Source: a virus
Lineage: Duplodnaviria; Caudoviricetes
IMG/VR virus record: IMGVR_UViG_3300021136_000003
Span: 1-64,000 of that record
Direction: 5' to 3' (one strand)
DNA length: 64,000 nucleotides
The translations under genes were made by a program, and so were the position numbers. This document shows, one piece after another, positions 47,940 through 57,438 of this stretch (positions are counted from its first letter, which is position 1; each line of letters begins with the position of its first letter). The notes below the pieces were generated by a model. The model was not told where the DNA came from. It worked only from the letters and a program-made list of their open reading frames with translations, and did no database searches.

Positions 47940-48667
47940 TTTGCTTGTGCTGGTAGTAGATAAGTGTAAACTGCGACACCGCTGTCAACCGTGATTTTCA
48001 TTGCTCCAGCATCAGCGATATAGACCTTCTTGTCACCGACTAGGTCCATGATGCCAAGAAACTGCTTGACCGGCCACATCCAGGTGCGACTTAGTGATCC
48101 CTTAACAGTAGGCTGAAACACGAAGTTACCAGAGTGAGTGCTTGCGTCACCGAAGTAAATCTTCAGATCGCCATTCTCGACTTTGGTGACAAAGTTTGCT
48201 TCTTCTGAGTTAGCTGATGCTTGCTTTTTCAGACGCATGATACCAGCGATAGTTGGTTCAAACTCGACGTTCCAGGTTGCACCAGCAAAAGTGACTGCCT
48301 TGACCTTTTCGTCAACGATAGACTTCAACATCAGTCGATAATCGTTGATGAAGTCGCCGGTCTTCGTTTCAAAGTGAATACTACTTGGCACATCTGCTCC
48401 GTCTTTCTGTACACGGGTGACGTTAACGGTTGATGTATCATCGTAGTCATCAAAGCCCAAAATAGTTTTCAGCTTGCCCAGATTAGGCATGCCAAATACG
48501 CCGATAAAATCAGCGACTGGCTTGGCGAATGTTCCGCTGACGATAACAGACTTATCTTCTGCTACGGCGTTGATAGTTGTTTCCTTATCAGTTCCGGTAA
48601 CCTTGATAAGTTCTACGCAGCCCAGACCGTGCGTGTGTTCGATTAAATCTTTGAGGACATCCTTCAT
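47936..48667 (-). CDS. Putative DNA polymerase sliding clamp-like protein
   Basis: 243 aa, beta-rich two-domain pattern ending YLLPA; next to polymerase; inference only. Confidence 0.45.
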   Translation of the reverse strand: MKDVLKDLIEHTHGLGCVELIKVTGTDKETTINAVAEDKSVIVSGTFAKPVADFIGVFGMPNLGKLKTILGFDDYDDTSTVNVTRVQKDGADVPSSIHFETKTGDFINDYRLMLKSIVDEKVKAVTFAGATWNVEFEPTIAGIMRLKKQASANSEEANFVTKVENGDLKIYFGDASTHSGNFVFQPTVKGSLSRTWMWPVKQFLGIMDLVGDKKVYIADAGAMKITVDSGVAVYTYLLPAQAK

Positions 48668-48710
48668 ATTTTTTCCTTTATGTTAAACTATTTACATAGC
48701 GTTAACGTGT

Positions 48711-48739
48711 ATTATATAGGAATATTTTACACAAGTCAA
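48711..48739 (-). promoter_or_regulatory. Sigma70-type promoter
   Basis: TTGACT-17-TATAAT. Confidence 0.75.
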
Positions 48740-48769
48740 TGACTTAAATGCCCAAGTGATGATAAAGGG

Positions 48770-48850
48770 ATAAATAAAAGTGAGAGCCACGGAACAACGA
48801 ATTCCTGCCCTCTCTAACGCTACAAAGGAGCAATCAGCATGACTATTTAT
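48770..48850 (+). promoter_or_regulatory. Conserved structured leader of GIY-YIG gene (copy 2 of 4)
   Basis: Same architecture as 15540-15622. Confidence 0.8.
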
Positions 48851-49564
48851 TATCTCTATGTTAAGACCCATAAAATAACAGGTCTTAAATATCTCGGCTA
48901 CACAGGAAAAGCAGACCCATATAAATACCTCGGTTCCGGTGAGTATTGGAAAACACATCTCAAAAAACATGGAAAAGAAATCACGACGGAAATATTACAT
49001 GAATGCCAATCTAAAACAGAAATCAAAGATCGCGGGTTGTATTACAGCGAATTATGGAATGTAGTGGATGCCTGTGATGTCCTGGGCAAAAAGACTTGGG
49101 CCAACCTAAAACCTGAAGCCGGGGAAGGTGGTGATTGTGGTCCTAAAGGACGAGCGGAAATTTCACGCAAAGGTAAAGGACGGACACATTCTGATCTAAC
49201 TAAGCGTAAAATGAGCTATTCACATACTGGTACCATAATGTCTGGCATTACCAAGGAAAAGATAGGACTTAAAAACGCCGGCAAGAAACACACGGATGCC
49301 TTCTGTGATTTACATCGAGGGCCCAATAACAAGTTTTTTGGTACAGGCCCGTTTAACGGAAAAACTCACTCCATCGAGACTAAGGAGAAGATTAGTGCCA
49401 AAAATACAGGGAGAAAGCACACCGAGGAGGCCCGTCTAAACATAAGCAAAAAGATGGCCGGAATAAAAATGGCTGAAGTGACTTGTCCCCATTGCTCCAA
49501 AGTAGGAGCAGGAGGGGCAATGAAACAATGGCACTTTGATAAGTGTAAGTTTAACCGAAGGTGA
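48839..49564 (+). CDS. GIY-YIG homing endonuclease (Seg-like), NUMOD3-like repeats, CPHC tail
   Basis: IYYLYVKTH..TGLKYLG, YLGSG.YW, WANLKPE.G.GG, HS.ETK.KIS. Confidence 0.88.
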   Translation: MTIYYLYVKTHKITGLKYLGYTGKADPYKYLGSGEYWKTHLKKHGKEITTEILHECQSKTEIKDRGLYYSELWNVVDACDVLGKKTWANLKPEAGEGGDCGPKGRAEISRKGKGRTHSDLTKRKMSYSHTGTIMSGITKEKIGLKNAGKKHTDAFCDLHRGPNNKFFGTGPFNGKTHSIETKEKISAKNTGRKHTEEARLNISKKMAGIKMAEVTCPHCSKVGAGGAMKQWHFDKCKFNRR

Positions 49565-50798
49565 ATAGAGAATCAACTGTAGAGTTGGTGTCTGTATTGG
49601 AACGTAAGTCCCAGTTCATAACACCGAGTAAGTTGTCGATCTTTTCATCAACTAACGTCTTTTCCATTAATAGATTGTCGAACGGAAGTTCTTTGAACCA
49701 TTCTGGCAATCTCATTTCATCAACTGGGTATGCAATGCTGGTGTAACCCAATGGGTTGTTTTTCAGCTTACATACCACAATCTTCATGCCATCCATGATC
49801 TTCATTGAGTAGTTGTCGTTATGGACTCGACGCAGCCAGTTCCAGTTGATAGCAGCCCGAACGTGACCAGGCATGTTTGCCCTGCCTGTTCGACTTTTCT
49901 CTTCCGCTTCACCATACATCGTCAGCTTGTTAACTGACTTAGGCGAACCCTTTGTCCATCCGTCTTGGTTGCCCAATTCAGTTTTGAACGTCTTGATAAC
50001 CTCAATGATATCCTGACGATCTTTACCATCAAGGACCATCTCCAACACTCGCATCAGGAACTCTTGAACATACTTAGGTGTGTCAGCGCGTTTCAGATCA
50101 AGACCCATAGCCTTGATTTGACCAATGCCGAATCTGACACCGTTCTTCTTAGCCTTGTCCATGTCATACTGATCCAGACGCTTGCCTTCTTTGTCGTAGA
50201 TGTTCAGAGCATACCGCTTCTTAGTGATAAACAACGACCGATCAGCAACCAGTTCTCGACCTGCTTTGATGATTTCGCCGTTCTTGCGTGGAGCATGAAA
50301 CGACTTCTCCATAAAGCCAGCGAACCCGTCATTGATCTGATCAGCGATATTGTCGTACAACTGAATAGCAACGTCTTTGCTCCAAGTCATTGTGCTAGCA
50401 GCAACTTCATCCTTCATCAGAGGCCATGCAGAGAAATAACAAGAGTCAGTGTCACCGTATACGATTGCTTGCCCGGTGTAGTCATACTCTCCGGTGACGA
50501 TTTCATTGATGTGTGCGCTCATGTGCTTCACAATCTGCCTGCCTGATAGAGTAACCGATTGACCGATACGCTTATCGTAGAAACGACAGTGTTCATTCAA
50601 CAGGGCACCGTAAGCTGAGTTCAACAAAATCTTTCTGACCAGTTGTCGCTTGTCCCAATAATCTGTAAATTCCTTTATTTTCTCCTGTGAAGCGACTATC
50701 TTCCCATTTTTAATCACAAGGTTATGCAACTTCATATATTGTCGCAATTCCGATACATTTCTGGTTTTTACCAAGTGTTTAATATGTTCTACATCCAT
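49551..50798 (-). CDS. Family B DNA polymerase, C-terminal fragment
   Basis: KILLNSAYG (motif B), YGDTDS (motif C), KKRY, thumb region. Confidence 0.92.
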   Translation of the reverse strand: MDVEHIKHLVKTRNVSELRQYMKLHNLVIKNGKIVASQEKIKEFTDYWDKRQLVRKILLNSAYGALLNEHCRFYDKRIGQSVTLSGRQIVKHMSAHINEIVTGEYDYTGQAIVYGDTDSCYFSAWPLMKDEVAASTMTWSKDVAIQLYDNIADQINDGFAGFMEKSFHAPRKNGEIIKAGRELVADRSLFITKKRYALNIYDKEGKRLDQYDMDKAKKNGVRFGIGQIKAMGLDLKRADTPKYVQEFLMRVLEMVLDGKDRQDIIEVIKTFKTELGNQDGWTKGSPKSVNKLTMYGEAEEKSRTGRANMPGHVRAAINWNWLRRVHNDNYSMKIMDGMKIVVCKLKNNPLGYTSIAYPVDEMRLPEWFKELPFDNLLMEKTLVDEKIDNLLGVMNWDLRSNTDTNSTVDSLFTFG

Positions 50799-50822
50799 TT
50801 TTGCATAATCTTTCTGTCAATG

Positions 50823-50838
50823 ATAAATAGTATTTATA
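50823..50838. promoter_or_regulatory. Inverted pair of late-type promoter boxes
   Basis: ATAAATA-G-TATTTATA: one box on each strand, between the pol C-fragment and endonuclease starts. Confidence 0.6.
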
Positions 50839-50847
50839 GGAGATAAT

Positions 50848-51546
50848 ATGGGGTTAAATAAAAAATACAATGAAAGCACTTACTCTGCTGCCGTAAAAAA
50901 ACTCGGTTACACCGCGTTGGAACCTTATAATGGTATCACCTTTAAAATAAATCATATGTGTCATACCTGTAACAATATTTGGAATACGCAACCCAGGCAA
51001 GTCTTGAATGGAATAGGTTGTCGTCATTGTTTCCAGTTGAGAGTTCGCAAACCGATTGACTTGGTAAAGACGAGTTTATTGCCCGGTCAATGGGAAATAG
51101 TTGACGATAACGAATACAAAAACTCATATTTACCGCTGCATTTTAAACACCATTGTGGTCATATAGTAAAGTCTTCCCTCGAGGTAATATTACGCACTGA
51201 CGAACACCGCAAACGTTGTCCGGTTTGCACCCCACATAAAATAAGAGAAGGAACGTGGTCAAAACCAGTCGAACATGATGGCCGTAAATATTCATCAACC
51301 TTGGAGGCAACGTGCTGTGAATATCTTATTGGTAAGTTTGGATTATCGGATATCATATTACAAAAAGAATATTCGGTTGATGATAGAAGAACAGCGGATG
51401 CATATATTAAAAGTTTGGATACTTATGTAGAAGTTAGCAGTATAGGAAAAGAATGGTATTTAGAAAGGATTTACAGAAAACGGGATCTTGTAAAAAACTT
51501 CATCTTCGTGTCATCCCTTTCTCAACTACGGACTATGATTAAGTAA
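50848..51546 (+). CDS. Putative homing endonuclease (zinc ribbons plus PD-(D/E)xK-like C-domain)
   Basis: CHTC, CRHC, CPVC; S.LE, ADAYI...YVEV; lies between the polymerase halves. Confidence 0.7.
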   Translation: MGLNKKYNESTYSAAVKKLGYTALEPYNGITFKINHMCHTCNNIWNTQPRQVLNGIGCRHCFQLRVRKPIDLVKTSLLPGQWEIVDDNEYKNSYLPLHFKHHCGHIVKSSLEVILRTDEHRKRCPVCTPHKIREGTWSKPVEHDGRKYSSTLEATCCEYLIGKFGLSDIILQKEYSVDDRRTADAYIKSLDTYVEVSSIGKEWYLERIYRKRDLVKNFIFVSSLSQLRTMIK

Positions 51547-53217
51547 AGCTACCATTTCATCGTCTACATCTATCCCCGCGGCAAGTTCAGAACAGAGTTT
51601 CATTTTCCGTTGTTGAGCCTTACGATCACTGTACCACTTACCAAGTAGTCCCGGGATGATACCTTGATTAGCATACGAGAAGATCGTGCCGTTCGCACTG
51701 ATCATCCATGGATTGTGACTGTCAAAGATCATCTTCCAGATTTCAGCAGCACTTTTCTCCTCAGTGCGTCCATCTTCGTAGTCAATCGTCAGCAGAGTGC
51801 CGCGTTCTTGGTTCATGATCGAGGTGTATTCTAACGACCCGAACAAACCTTCCCAGAGGACACTTCCCGTCACATCATCGTCGCCATCTTTGTGGCGTTT
51901 CTTCTCACGTGCCAGTCTCATGCCCTTTTCGTGCATGAACTGATCTGTCAGTGTTTGTCTGACCTGAGCAATGATGGTTTCTGGCGCCATGTTAAGCGCC
52001 CGGATCGTTGAGGGATAGAGCGAGTTAATGTCAACTGCTCCGACCCATTCGTGAATTCCCTTTTTGGGAGTAGCAACATAGGCACCTGCCGCTTGTTGTT
52101 GGATATCATCATTTTCAACCCTTCGTTTTTTATCAGGAACTACCAGACCATGATCATGAGCTTCGTTCATGATCGCCATTTCAACCATTGCCACTGTACC
52201 CATGACAACCGGAATCAACACGGTGTTTTCGTGTGCCAGTTGATTTGCCAGTTCAAGAAAGTGAACTTTAGCATGGATCTTATATACCAACTTCGTATCT
52301 TGTCTGTTGTATTCAATGAACTTTTTGAAGTCTTTGTTATACAACTGATCCAGAGTACCCTCGTATGAAGTCTTGTTTTCGTGAACTTCTAACTCGCCAA
52401 TAGCATCTAGTTTGTAGCTGTGGCGACTCTCGTAGTTGTACTTTTTGTAGAGTTGAAGATAGTCAAGATGAATACGACCGATCAAGTCGTAAGTTGTTTC
52501 TTCTTTGCCGAAGCGTTCGTATGTGCGAGCCTTAGGTAGCTGACCTAGTAAACAGAACTTTCGTGTGTCGTTCTTGCTCATAACTCGGGTGACACGATTA
52601 ACCATGTAGGGTATGTCGTATCCTTCAGAGTTCCAACCAGTTAACACATCGGCATCGTCAATCAACTGAAAGAACACATCGAACATGTCCTTCTCACTGG
52701 TGAACAGCATGGTGTCCTCGAACGAATCGCAGATTTCTTGTGCTGTCTCCGGCGTCATGTGCTTAGGAGCAATGACAAGAGTGACAAGACGATCAAGCCA
52801 GTCAAGATACATTGAGATAGCAGTGATCTTGTTCATCGCTTCTGATGCAGGGGAGAAGCCTTTGTCAGGATCGAAGTCAGTTTCAATGTCGAAGAAGCAA
52901 GTGTGAAGTTTGGGAGCATCAATGTTGCGATAGTTCTCACTAAGGCATCTGCCCACAACGCCAATATCACTCTCAAACATTTTCTTGCCGGAGTTTATTC
53001 GTCGTTCTTTTTCAAACTCTGTTCGCTTTCGGCAGGAGAATCGACTGACCGGGAGTGCGGTGCCCGCACTCAGCCCGCGATACTTGCCTTTGGGATCCGC
53101 GTAGTAAAATGTATAGTTTGCCTGATACTCTTTATACTGACGCTTACCGTCCTTGTCCCGTTCTACAACAACGATCTGCTCAGAGTCTTTATTGTGGATT
53201 GCGTCAACAAATGACAT
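51526..53217 (-). CDS. Family B DNA polymerase, N-terminal fragment (3'-5' exonuclease plus motif A)
   Basis: FFDIET, GWNSEGYDIPY, YKLD, YNRQD, VDINSLYPS. Confidence 0.92.
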   Translation of the reverse strand: MSFVDAIHNKDSEQIVVVERDKDGKRQYKEYQANYTFYYADPKGKYRGLSAGTALPVSRFSCRKRTEFEKERRINSGKKMFESDIGVVGRCLSENYRNIDAPKLHTCFFDIETDFDPDKGFSPASEAMNKITAISMYLDWLDRLVTLVIAPKHMTPETAQEICDSFEDTMLFTSEKDMFDVFFQLIDDADVLTGWNSEGYDIPYMVNRVTRVMSKNDTRKFCLLGQLPKARTYERFGKEETTYDLIGRIHLDYLQLYKKYNYESRHSYKLDAIGELEVHENKTSYEGTLDQLYNKDFKKFIEYNRQDTKLVYKIHAKVHFLELANQLAHENTVLIPVVMGTVAMVEMAIMNEAHDHGLVVPDKKRRVENDDIQQQAAGAYVATPKKGIHEWVGAVDINSLYPSTIRALNMAPETIIAQVRQTLTDQFMHEKGMRLAREKKRHKDGDDDVTGSVLWEGLFGSLEYTSIMNQERGTLLTIDYEDGRTEEKSAAEIWKMIFDSHNPWMISANGTIFSYANQGIIPGLLGKWYSDRKAQQRKMKLCSELAAGIDVDDEMVALLNHSP

Positions 53218-53474
53218 TAGAGAGTTTTCCCGACTGCTTCCAGTACGGTATTTAGCGCGTCATGGTCAACATTAGTCTGACCAAGTGAGGCTTTATGAGC
53301 GATTTTCATTGCCCGTTTTAATATACTGGGTTTGATTTCTAACTCCTCACCTACTGCTTTGATAGTATCAGTTAATCCCCCGCTGAGAGTTTCGATTTCG
53401 GTCATGACCGGAAGACACTCGTTAAAGAGCGCGTTTAACTTTAATTTTTGGTCGCCACTAAAAATTGTATCCAT
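53217..53474 (-). CDS. Small dsDNA-binding-like protein (T4 DsbA/GapR-like, tentative)
   Basis: Helical, D.IK...EELEIKP..L.RAMKIAHK; AAAGGA RBS. Confidence 0.5.
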   Translation of the reverse strand: MDTIFSGDQKLKLNALFNECLPVMTEIETLSGGLTDTIKAVGEELEIKPSILKRAMKIAHKASLGQTNVDHDALNTVLEAVGKTL

Positions 53475-53533
53475 GATAAATTCCTTTAAAGATTCATTAT
53501 ATAACGAATAAATCATAAAAGCAAGTAGTTTGG

Positions 53534-53615
53534 TATAAATAGATAGTGCGGTTCGCTGGTGATCAGACCCTAACCGCTCTAACGCTTTTGAGGAGCAATC
53601 AGCATGACTATTTAT
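53534..53615 (+). promoter_or_regulatory. Conserved structured leader of GIY-YIG gene (copy 3 of 4)
   Basis: TATAAATA; GCGGTT/AACCGC stem; TCTAA; AGGAGCAATCAGCATG. Confidence 0.8.
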
Positions 53616-54251
53616 TCATACAAAAATCCACCCGATGGATTTTATACATACGCATATTTGCGTGATGATAACACCCCGTATTACATTGGTAAGGGACAGG
53701 ACAAGCGAGCATGGAAACACGCAAAAACGGAAGTATTCAGAACACCCAAAGATCATTCCAGAATAATTATTTTAGAGGCCAACTTATCAGAGGTCGGCGC
53801 GCTTGCTTTAGAAAGATTTTATATTCGTTGGTACGGTCGCAAAAATGAAAACACCGGTATACTTCGCAATAAAACAGCGGGCGGTGAGGGAATTTCTGGT
53901 TTTAAACATTCCCAAGACACTAAGGATAAGATCAGAGAAAAACGCCTCGGCTCCATTCCATCATCAGAGGCGCGTCTTAAACAAAGTCGGGCATTGAAGG
54001 GTGTAAAGAGGGGACCACATTCCTTGGAACGCAGAGCGGCTATTAGCAAAAGTAGAAAGGGATATACATATTCTACAGATCGTAATGCTAAGGTAGCTGC
54101 CGCCCATACAGGAAAGAAGCGAGTTGAGCATGGAATAAATATGACCGGGGCTAATAATCCGTCATTTGGTAAACACTGGTTTAATAACGGGGAAGTTTCT
54201 ATTTTAACCTTTGATTGCCCCGAGGGGTTTGCACCTGGAATGCTGAGATAA
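53604..54251 (+). CDS. GIY-YIG homing endonuclease with NUMOD3-like repeats
   Basis: FYTYAYLR...PYYIGKG...R, LE...I..YGR, LRNKT.GGEG. Confidence 0.88.
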   Translation: MTIYSYKNPPDGFYTYAYLRDDNTPYYIGKGQDKRAWKHAKTEVFRTPKDHSRIIILEANLSEVGALALERFYIRWYGRKNENTGILRNKTAGGEGISGFKHSQDTKDKIREKRLGSIPSSEARLKQSRALKGVKRGPHSLERRAAISKSRKGYTYSTDRNAKVAAAHTGKKRVEHGINMTGANNPSFGKHWFNNGEVSILTFDCPEGFAPGMLR

Positions 54252-54327
54252 CTTTATTTTAGCTTAGGTTTACCGAATACAGTTTCGCGGATAGTCTGTC
54301 CGGTCTGTAGTTTGCGCTCGTATAATC

Positions 54328-55179
54328 TCATTTTCCTGTCCAGACGGCGTATAGTCCGGAGTTATATTCACCACTATATACAGTGCTTAACTTAGTTTTT
54401 ACAGCGGCTTCTAATTCTTTCCCGGTGTCATTGGGCTGCACATCAAATGCAAAGTATAAGGAACCATACCCGCCCTTACCAATATACTGTCCGCCTAATT
54501 GTCCCATGATGATGTCAATCGTCTGATCAGCCTTTTTATTACGTTTTTCATCATACTGTTTATCGCCTCTCCGGGCGTAGGGATCTATTTTTATGGTAGT
54601 TAAATTATCATCATGGACAGACACATACCCTTTCATATCCACGCCCGGGATTCCTGATATGCTAACCCAGTTCTTGCGGCCGCCAGGTGTTTGACTTGTC
54701 CCGGCTAGTAATGGTAACTTCAATATAGTCAGCACAATGCCGTATAATGCTTTGGCCAGACCTATGCCACGATAGTCCTCGTCAACTGTGATTGTTCCAA
54801 CTTTAACAGCATTCTTCAGGGGAAAAGATTTTGCCTTATCCACAGTAAGTTCACCGATTAATTGACCCGGTGCTTTTAGTTTTTGTTGTTCTCGTTCCCA
54901 GTCGCGTACTCTACCATGGAATCGACGGCGTTGAATAACTGGCTTTGATTCTGCACCTCTTCGTTTAGCCTGAATAAAGTCTTCTCCGTTCGGATCCCAA
55001 ATTCTAATAGCGGTGCTTCCCCAGTTACCACTCCCTATACTGTACAAAAGACCGCTGCCACCTGGTAAGGCAGATACTTTCTTGCCGGAGTCTGTGCCAC
55101 CTAAATAGCCCTTACCACCTTCGTAATCGTCAGGTCGTAGTCGTTCAATCCCCTCATTGATAAATTCATTTGCTCTCAT
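54328..55179 (-). CDS. GNAT-domain protein with capsid-targeting-like N-terminus
   Basis: MRANEFINE; VDEDYRGIGLAKALY, QTPGGRKNW. Confidence 0.75.
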   Translation of the reverse strand: MRANEFINEGIERLRPDDYEGGKGYLGGTDSGKKVSALPGGSGLLYSIGSGNWGSTAIRIWDPNGEDFIQAKRRGAESKPVIQRRRFHGRVRDWEREQQKLKAPGQLIGELTVDKAKSFPLKNAVKVGTITVDEDYRGIGLAKALYGIVLTILKLPLLAGTSQTPGGRKNWVSISGIPGVDMKGYVSVHDDNLTTIKIDPYARRGDKQYDEKRNKKADQTIDIIMGQLGGQYIGKGGYGSLYFAFDVQPNDTGKELEAAVKTKLSTVYSGEYNSGLYAVWTGK

Positions 55180-55751
55180 TGGAATATCTCCGGATGTTCC
55201 TTGCCGTATATCTTGATATACTTTCCGGCCATGGCATCAGCCAGTACTTCGATGGGGCTGCCGGGATAACTGTCGCCGTCTTTGACCATGCCCATCTGAT
55301 ATTGTCTGGTATGGGTGAGTTCGTGGAAAACAGTACGGAGAATGTCAATAAGGTTTCTGTTCCCGACATAAATCCAGATCGTGTTGGCAGCAGGAGTGTT
55401 CAATCCAGTGTGGTGACCTTCTCTGGCTGCGTCTGAGTCTTTGCTTAGAGTGATCTTGGGATATGGTTGTTGAATATGCAGCACTTCTATAGCCCACTTG
55501 ATGAAGTCTCTGGTTTGTTCGTCTGAATTATCATCACCTTCTTCGTGTAGTTTGTCTTTGATCAGATCATGTGGCGACTTAAGGTGCTTTCGTTTGAACA
55601 TATCATGTAGTGCATCGTCTGTAAGATTATGTCTACGGGCAATTTTGTGCATAAGATTGTCAAGGGCACTGTGACCGTGAGTAAGGTGGCTTGGTAGTTG
55701 ACGCTCTAGGTCATTTAAAGCTGATTCTGTGATAAATTGATTGGCGCGCAT
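55176..55751 (-). CDS. HExxH metallopeptidase-like protein with capsid-targeting-like N-terminus
   Basis: MRANQFITE; RTVFHELTH..Q...E..AD..AG. Confidence 0.7.
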   Translation of the reverse strand: MRANQFITESALNDLERQLPSHLTHGHSALDNLMHKIARRHNLTDDALHDMFKRKHLKSPHDLIKDKLHEEGDDNSDEQTRDFIKWAIEVLHIQQPYPKITLSKDSDAAREGHHTGLNTPAANTIWIYVGNRNLIDILRTVFHELTHTRQYQMGMVKDGDSYPGSPIEVLADAMAGKYIKIYGKEHPEIFQ

Positions 55752-55777
55752 AGTGTATTTATGCTAGGGAGAATAAA

Positions 55778-55873
55778 GTGTCGCTCTTTAAATAAACCCG
55801 GGCACGACTCCATTGTTATTAGGGTGAGCGACGACCCCACACACGCAACTAAGTTGCGGTCCTAAGGTGTGTT
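55778..55873. ncRNA. Candidate pseudoknotted structured RNA
   Basis: GGGT/ACCC hairpin whose loop (55826-55832) is complementary to 55780-55786; CGCAAC/GTTGCG hairpin inside an ACAC/GTGT stem. Confidence 0.5.
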
Positions 55874-57438
55874 CAGGTAAAATACGGATCAACGATAACA
55901 ATGGTGCCGTCTCGCCGCATCATTGCATTCTCGGTATGAAGGTCCCAACCGAGTCCAGATTTGAGTCCAGCATGATACAACCTGGACATTGTCAAATATA
56001 ATATTCCGAATTGTTTGCTGACTACCGGGTCAGCGAATCTCTCAGCAATCAACTGAGGCATCTCCTGCCAACTAGGAGGCCAAGTACCCGGCTTCTTCAA
56101 CATGCTGACTACATTGCTCCAGGGCGCTCTGATCTTTGCTAGATCACTCAGCAACCACACTATGCGTTGCTCAAAGCTTTTGTCTGGAATCGGCAACAGT
56201 CGTTCCATTGCGATTTGTCTATACGGCGTCCCGTTAATTTCAAACACAGTAGTTCCTTGCCCACCAATATCAATAAATCGCGGCAGATTAGGTAACTCCG
56301 GATGCTTTTTACAGAATTCATAAAAGGTCATAAAGCCTTTTTCAGCATTGGTGACATCACTTGGCAAAGTGCGTCTGGGCATCAGAATCTTGATGACATG
56401 ATTATCATCCTTCGCCCACACTGTGGCGTCAGCACCGTGACCTAACTTCTTGTATCCGAGCCCTTCTAACTTGGAGAAGATTTGTCTGCTGTTGGGAGTA
56501 TCACGCTCGTATTCATCTAATTTATCCGGCATAAGTTTAACCACTCGAGGCTTGAACAACTGTATGTCACCTTTATTTGTCCGCAAGGTTGGCTGGTTAT
56601 GTTTGTCCTTACCGAAGCCTTTAATCTCAGCAGGACTGTTCTTAAATTTTCCCTTCAAAATTTTGTCACCGGTGTGTAGTGTTGGCGGACTATAGGAATC
56701 CTCAGCGACGAGATGTTTATCATCACCTGACTTTTGCCATGCGTCCCACATTCCTCTACCCGCTGTAGTTCGTTGAAAACTAGGTCTTATATCATTGCCC
56801 AACATCTTCGCATACGCATACATAGTGGATGCTACACCTTTATTTCTATATTTTGGATCAACTTCAGTGCCGCCACTTTCCATGTATCCATCGTTCGTAT
56901 CATCTTCCCAGTCAAATATTTGAAACAATATTTGACCTATTTCTTTATTACCATCATATGCTTTAATGTTCAACAATGGTTCATCCATAAATATCTCAAC
57001 TGACGCTTTGTAAGTATAATCACCAATCTCTTGAGTATGATTGAATTTTTTATTAAGAATATCAGGATTTATTGTTTCGTCTAACTTCTTTGACGCATAC
57101 GCCACGGGAACTGTCTTCATTCCGGCGAGCCAGAACGCAACCATACGATGGCGACCTTCCATGACGAATAGATCAGGATCGCCCTGCTCCACATACATTG
57201 GCATCGGAGTGGCACCTTGTTTCAACAGACGAAGAATCTTGTTTGTTCGCCGTTCGTCTTTGGGAAACTCATTGAAGGTTCCGTGCATCTCTTTGATCTG
57301 ACCCAGGAACTTGTCAATAGGTTCATGCTTGATATGAACTTCAATCTGATCAGGTTCGGCGTGTAGCCATTGAGCCACGCTGACCAGATCCTCTCTTGTA
57401 GGATCTATTGTTTCGTATAGAAATATATGGGCTCTCAT
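55873..57438 (-). CDS. Multidomain polyprotein: ParB/Srx-like, GNAT, small domain, kinase-like
   Basis: EGRHR; VDPKYRNKGVASTMY; LGHGA.ATV, VIKI, DLHTEN.M, IVDP; LDE/VAE linkers. Confidence 0.75.
   Translation of the reverse strand: MRAHIFLYETIDPTREDLVSVAQWLHAEPDQIEVHIKHEPIDKFLGQIKEMHGTFNEFPKDERRTNKILRLLKQGATPMPMYVEQGDPDLFVMEGRHRMVAFWLAGMKTVPVAYASKKLDETINPDILNKKFNHTQEIGDYTYKASVEIFMDEPLLNIKAYDGNKEIGQILFQIFDWEDDTNDGYMESGGTEVDPKYRNKGVASTMYAYAKMLGNDIRPSFQRTTAGRGMWDAWQKSGDDKHLVAEDSYSPPTLHTGDKILKGKFKNSPAEIKGFGKDKHNQPTLRTNKGDIQLFKPRVVKLMPDKLDEYERDTPNSRQIFSKLEGLGYKKLGHGADATVWAKDDNHVIKILMPRRTLPSDVTNAEKGFMTFYEFCKKHPELPNLPRFIDIGGQGTTVFEINGTPYRQIAMERLLPIPDKSFEQRIVWLLSDLAKIRAPWSNVVSMLKKPGTWPPSWQEMPQLIAERFADPVVSKQFGILYLTMSRLYHAGLKSGLGWDLHTENAMMRRDGTIVIVDPYFT

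Noticed and set aside
50798-51546. Group I intron or intein in the polymerase
   Set aside because: The inserted ORF is antisense, only about 50 nt are non-coding, and no intein terminal motifs are present.
54254-54331. 25-codon mini-ORF MRLYERKL after the GNAT gene
   Set aside because: Too short to support; may be a truncated member of the leader-bearing array.
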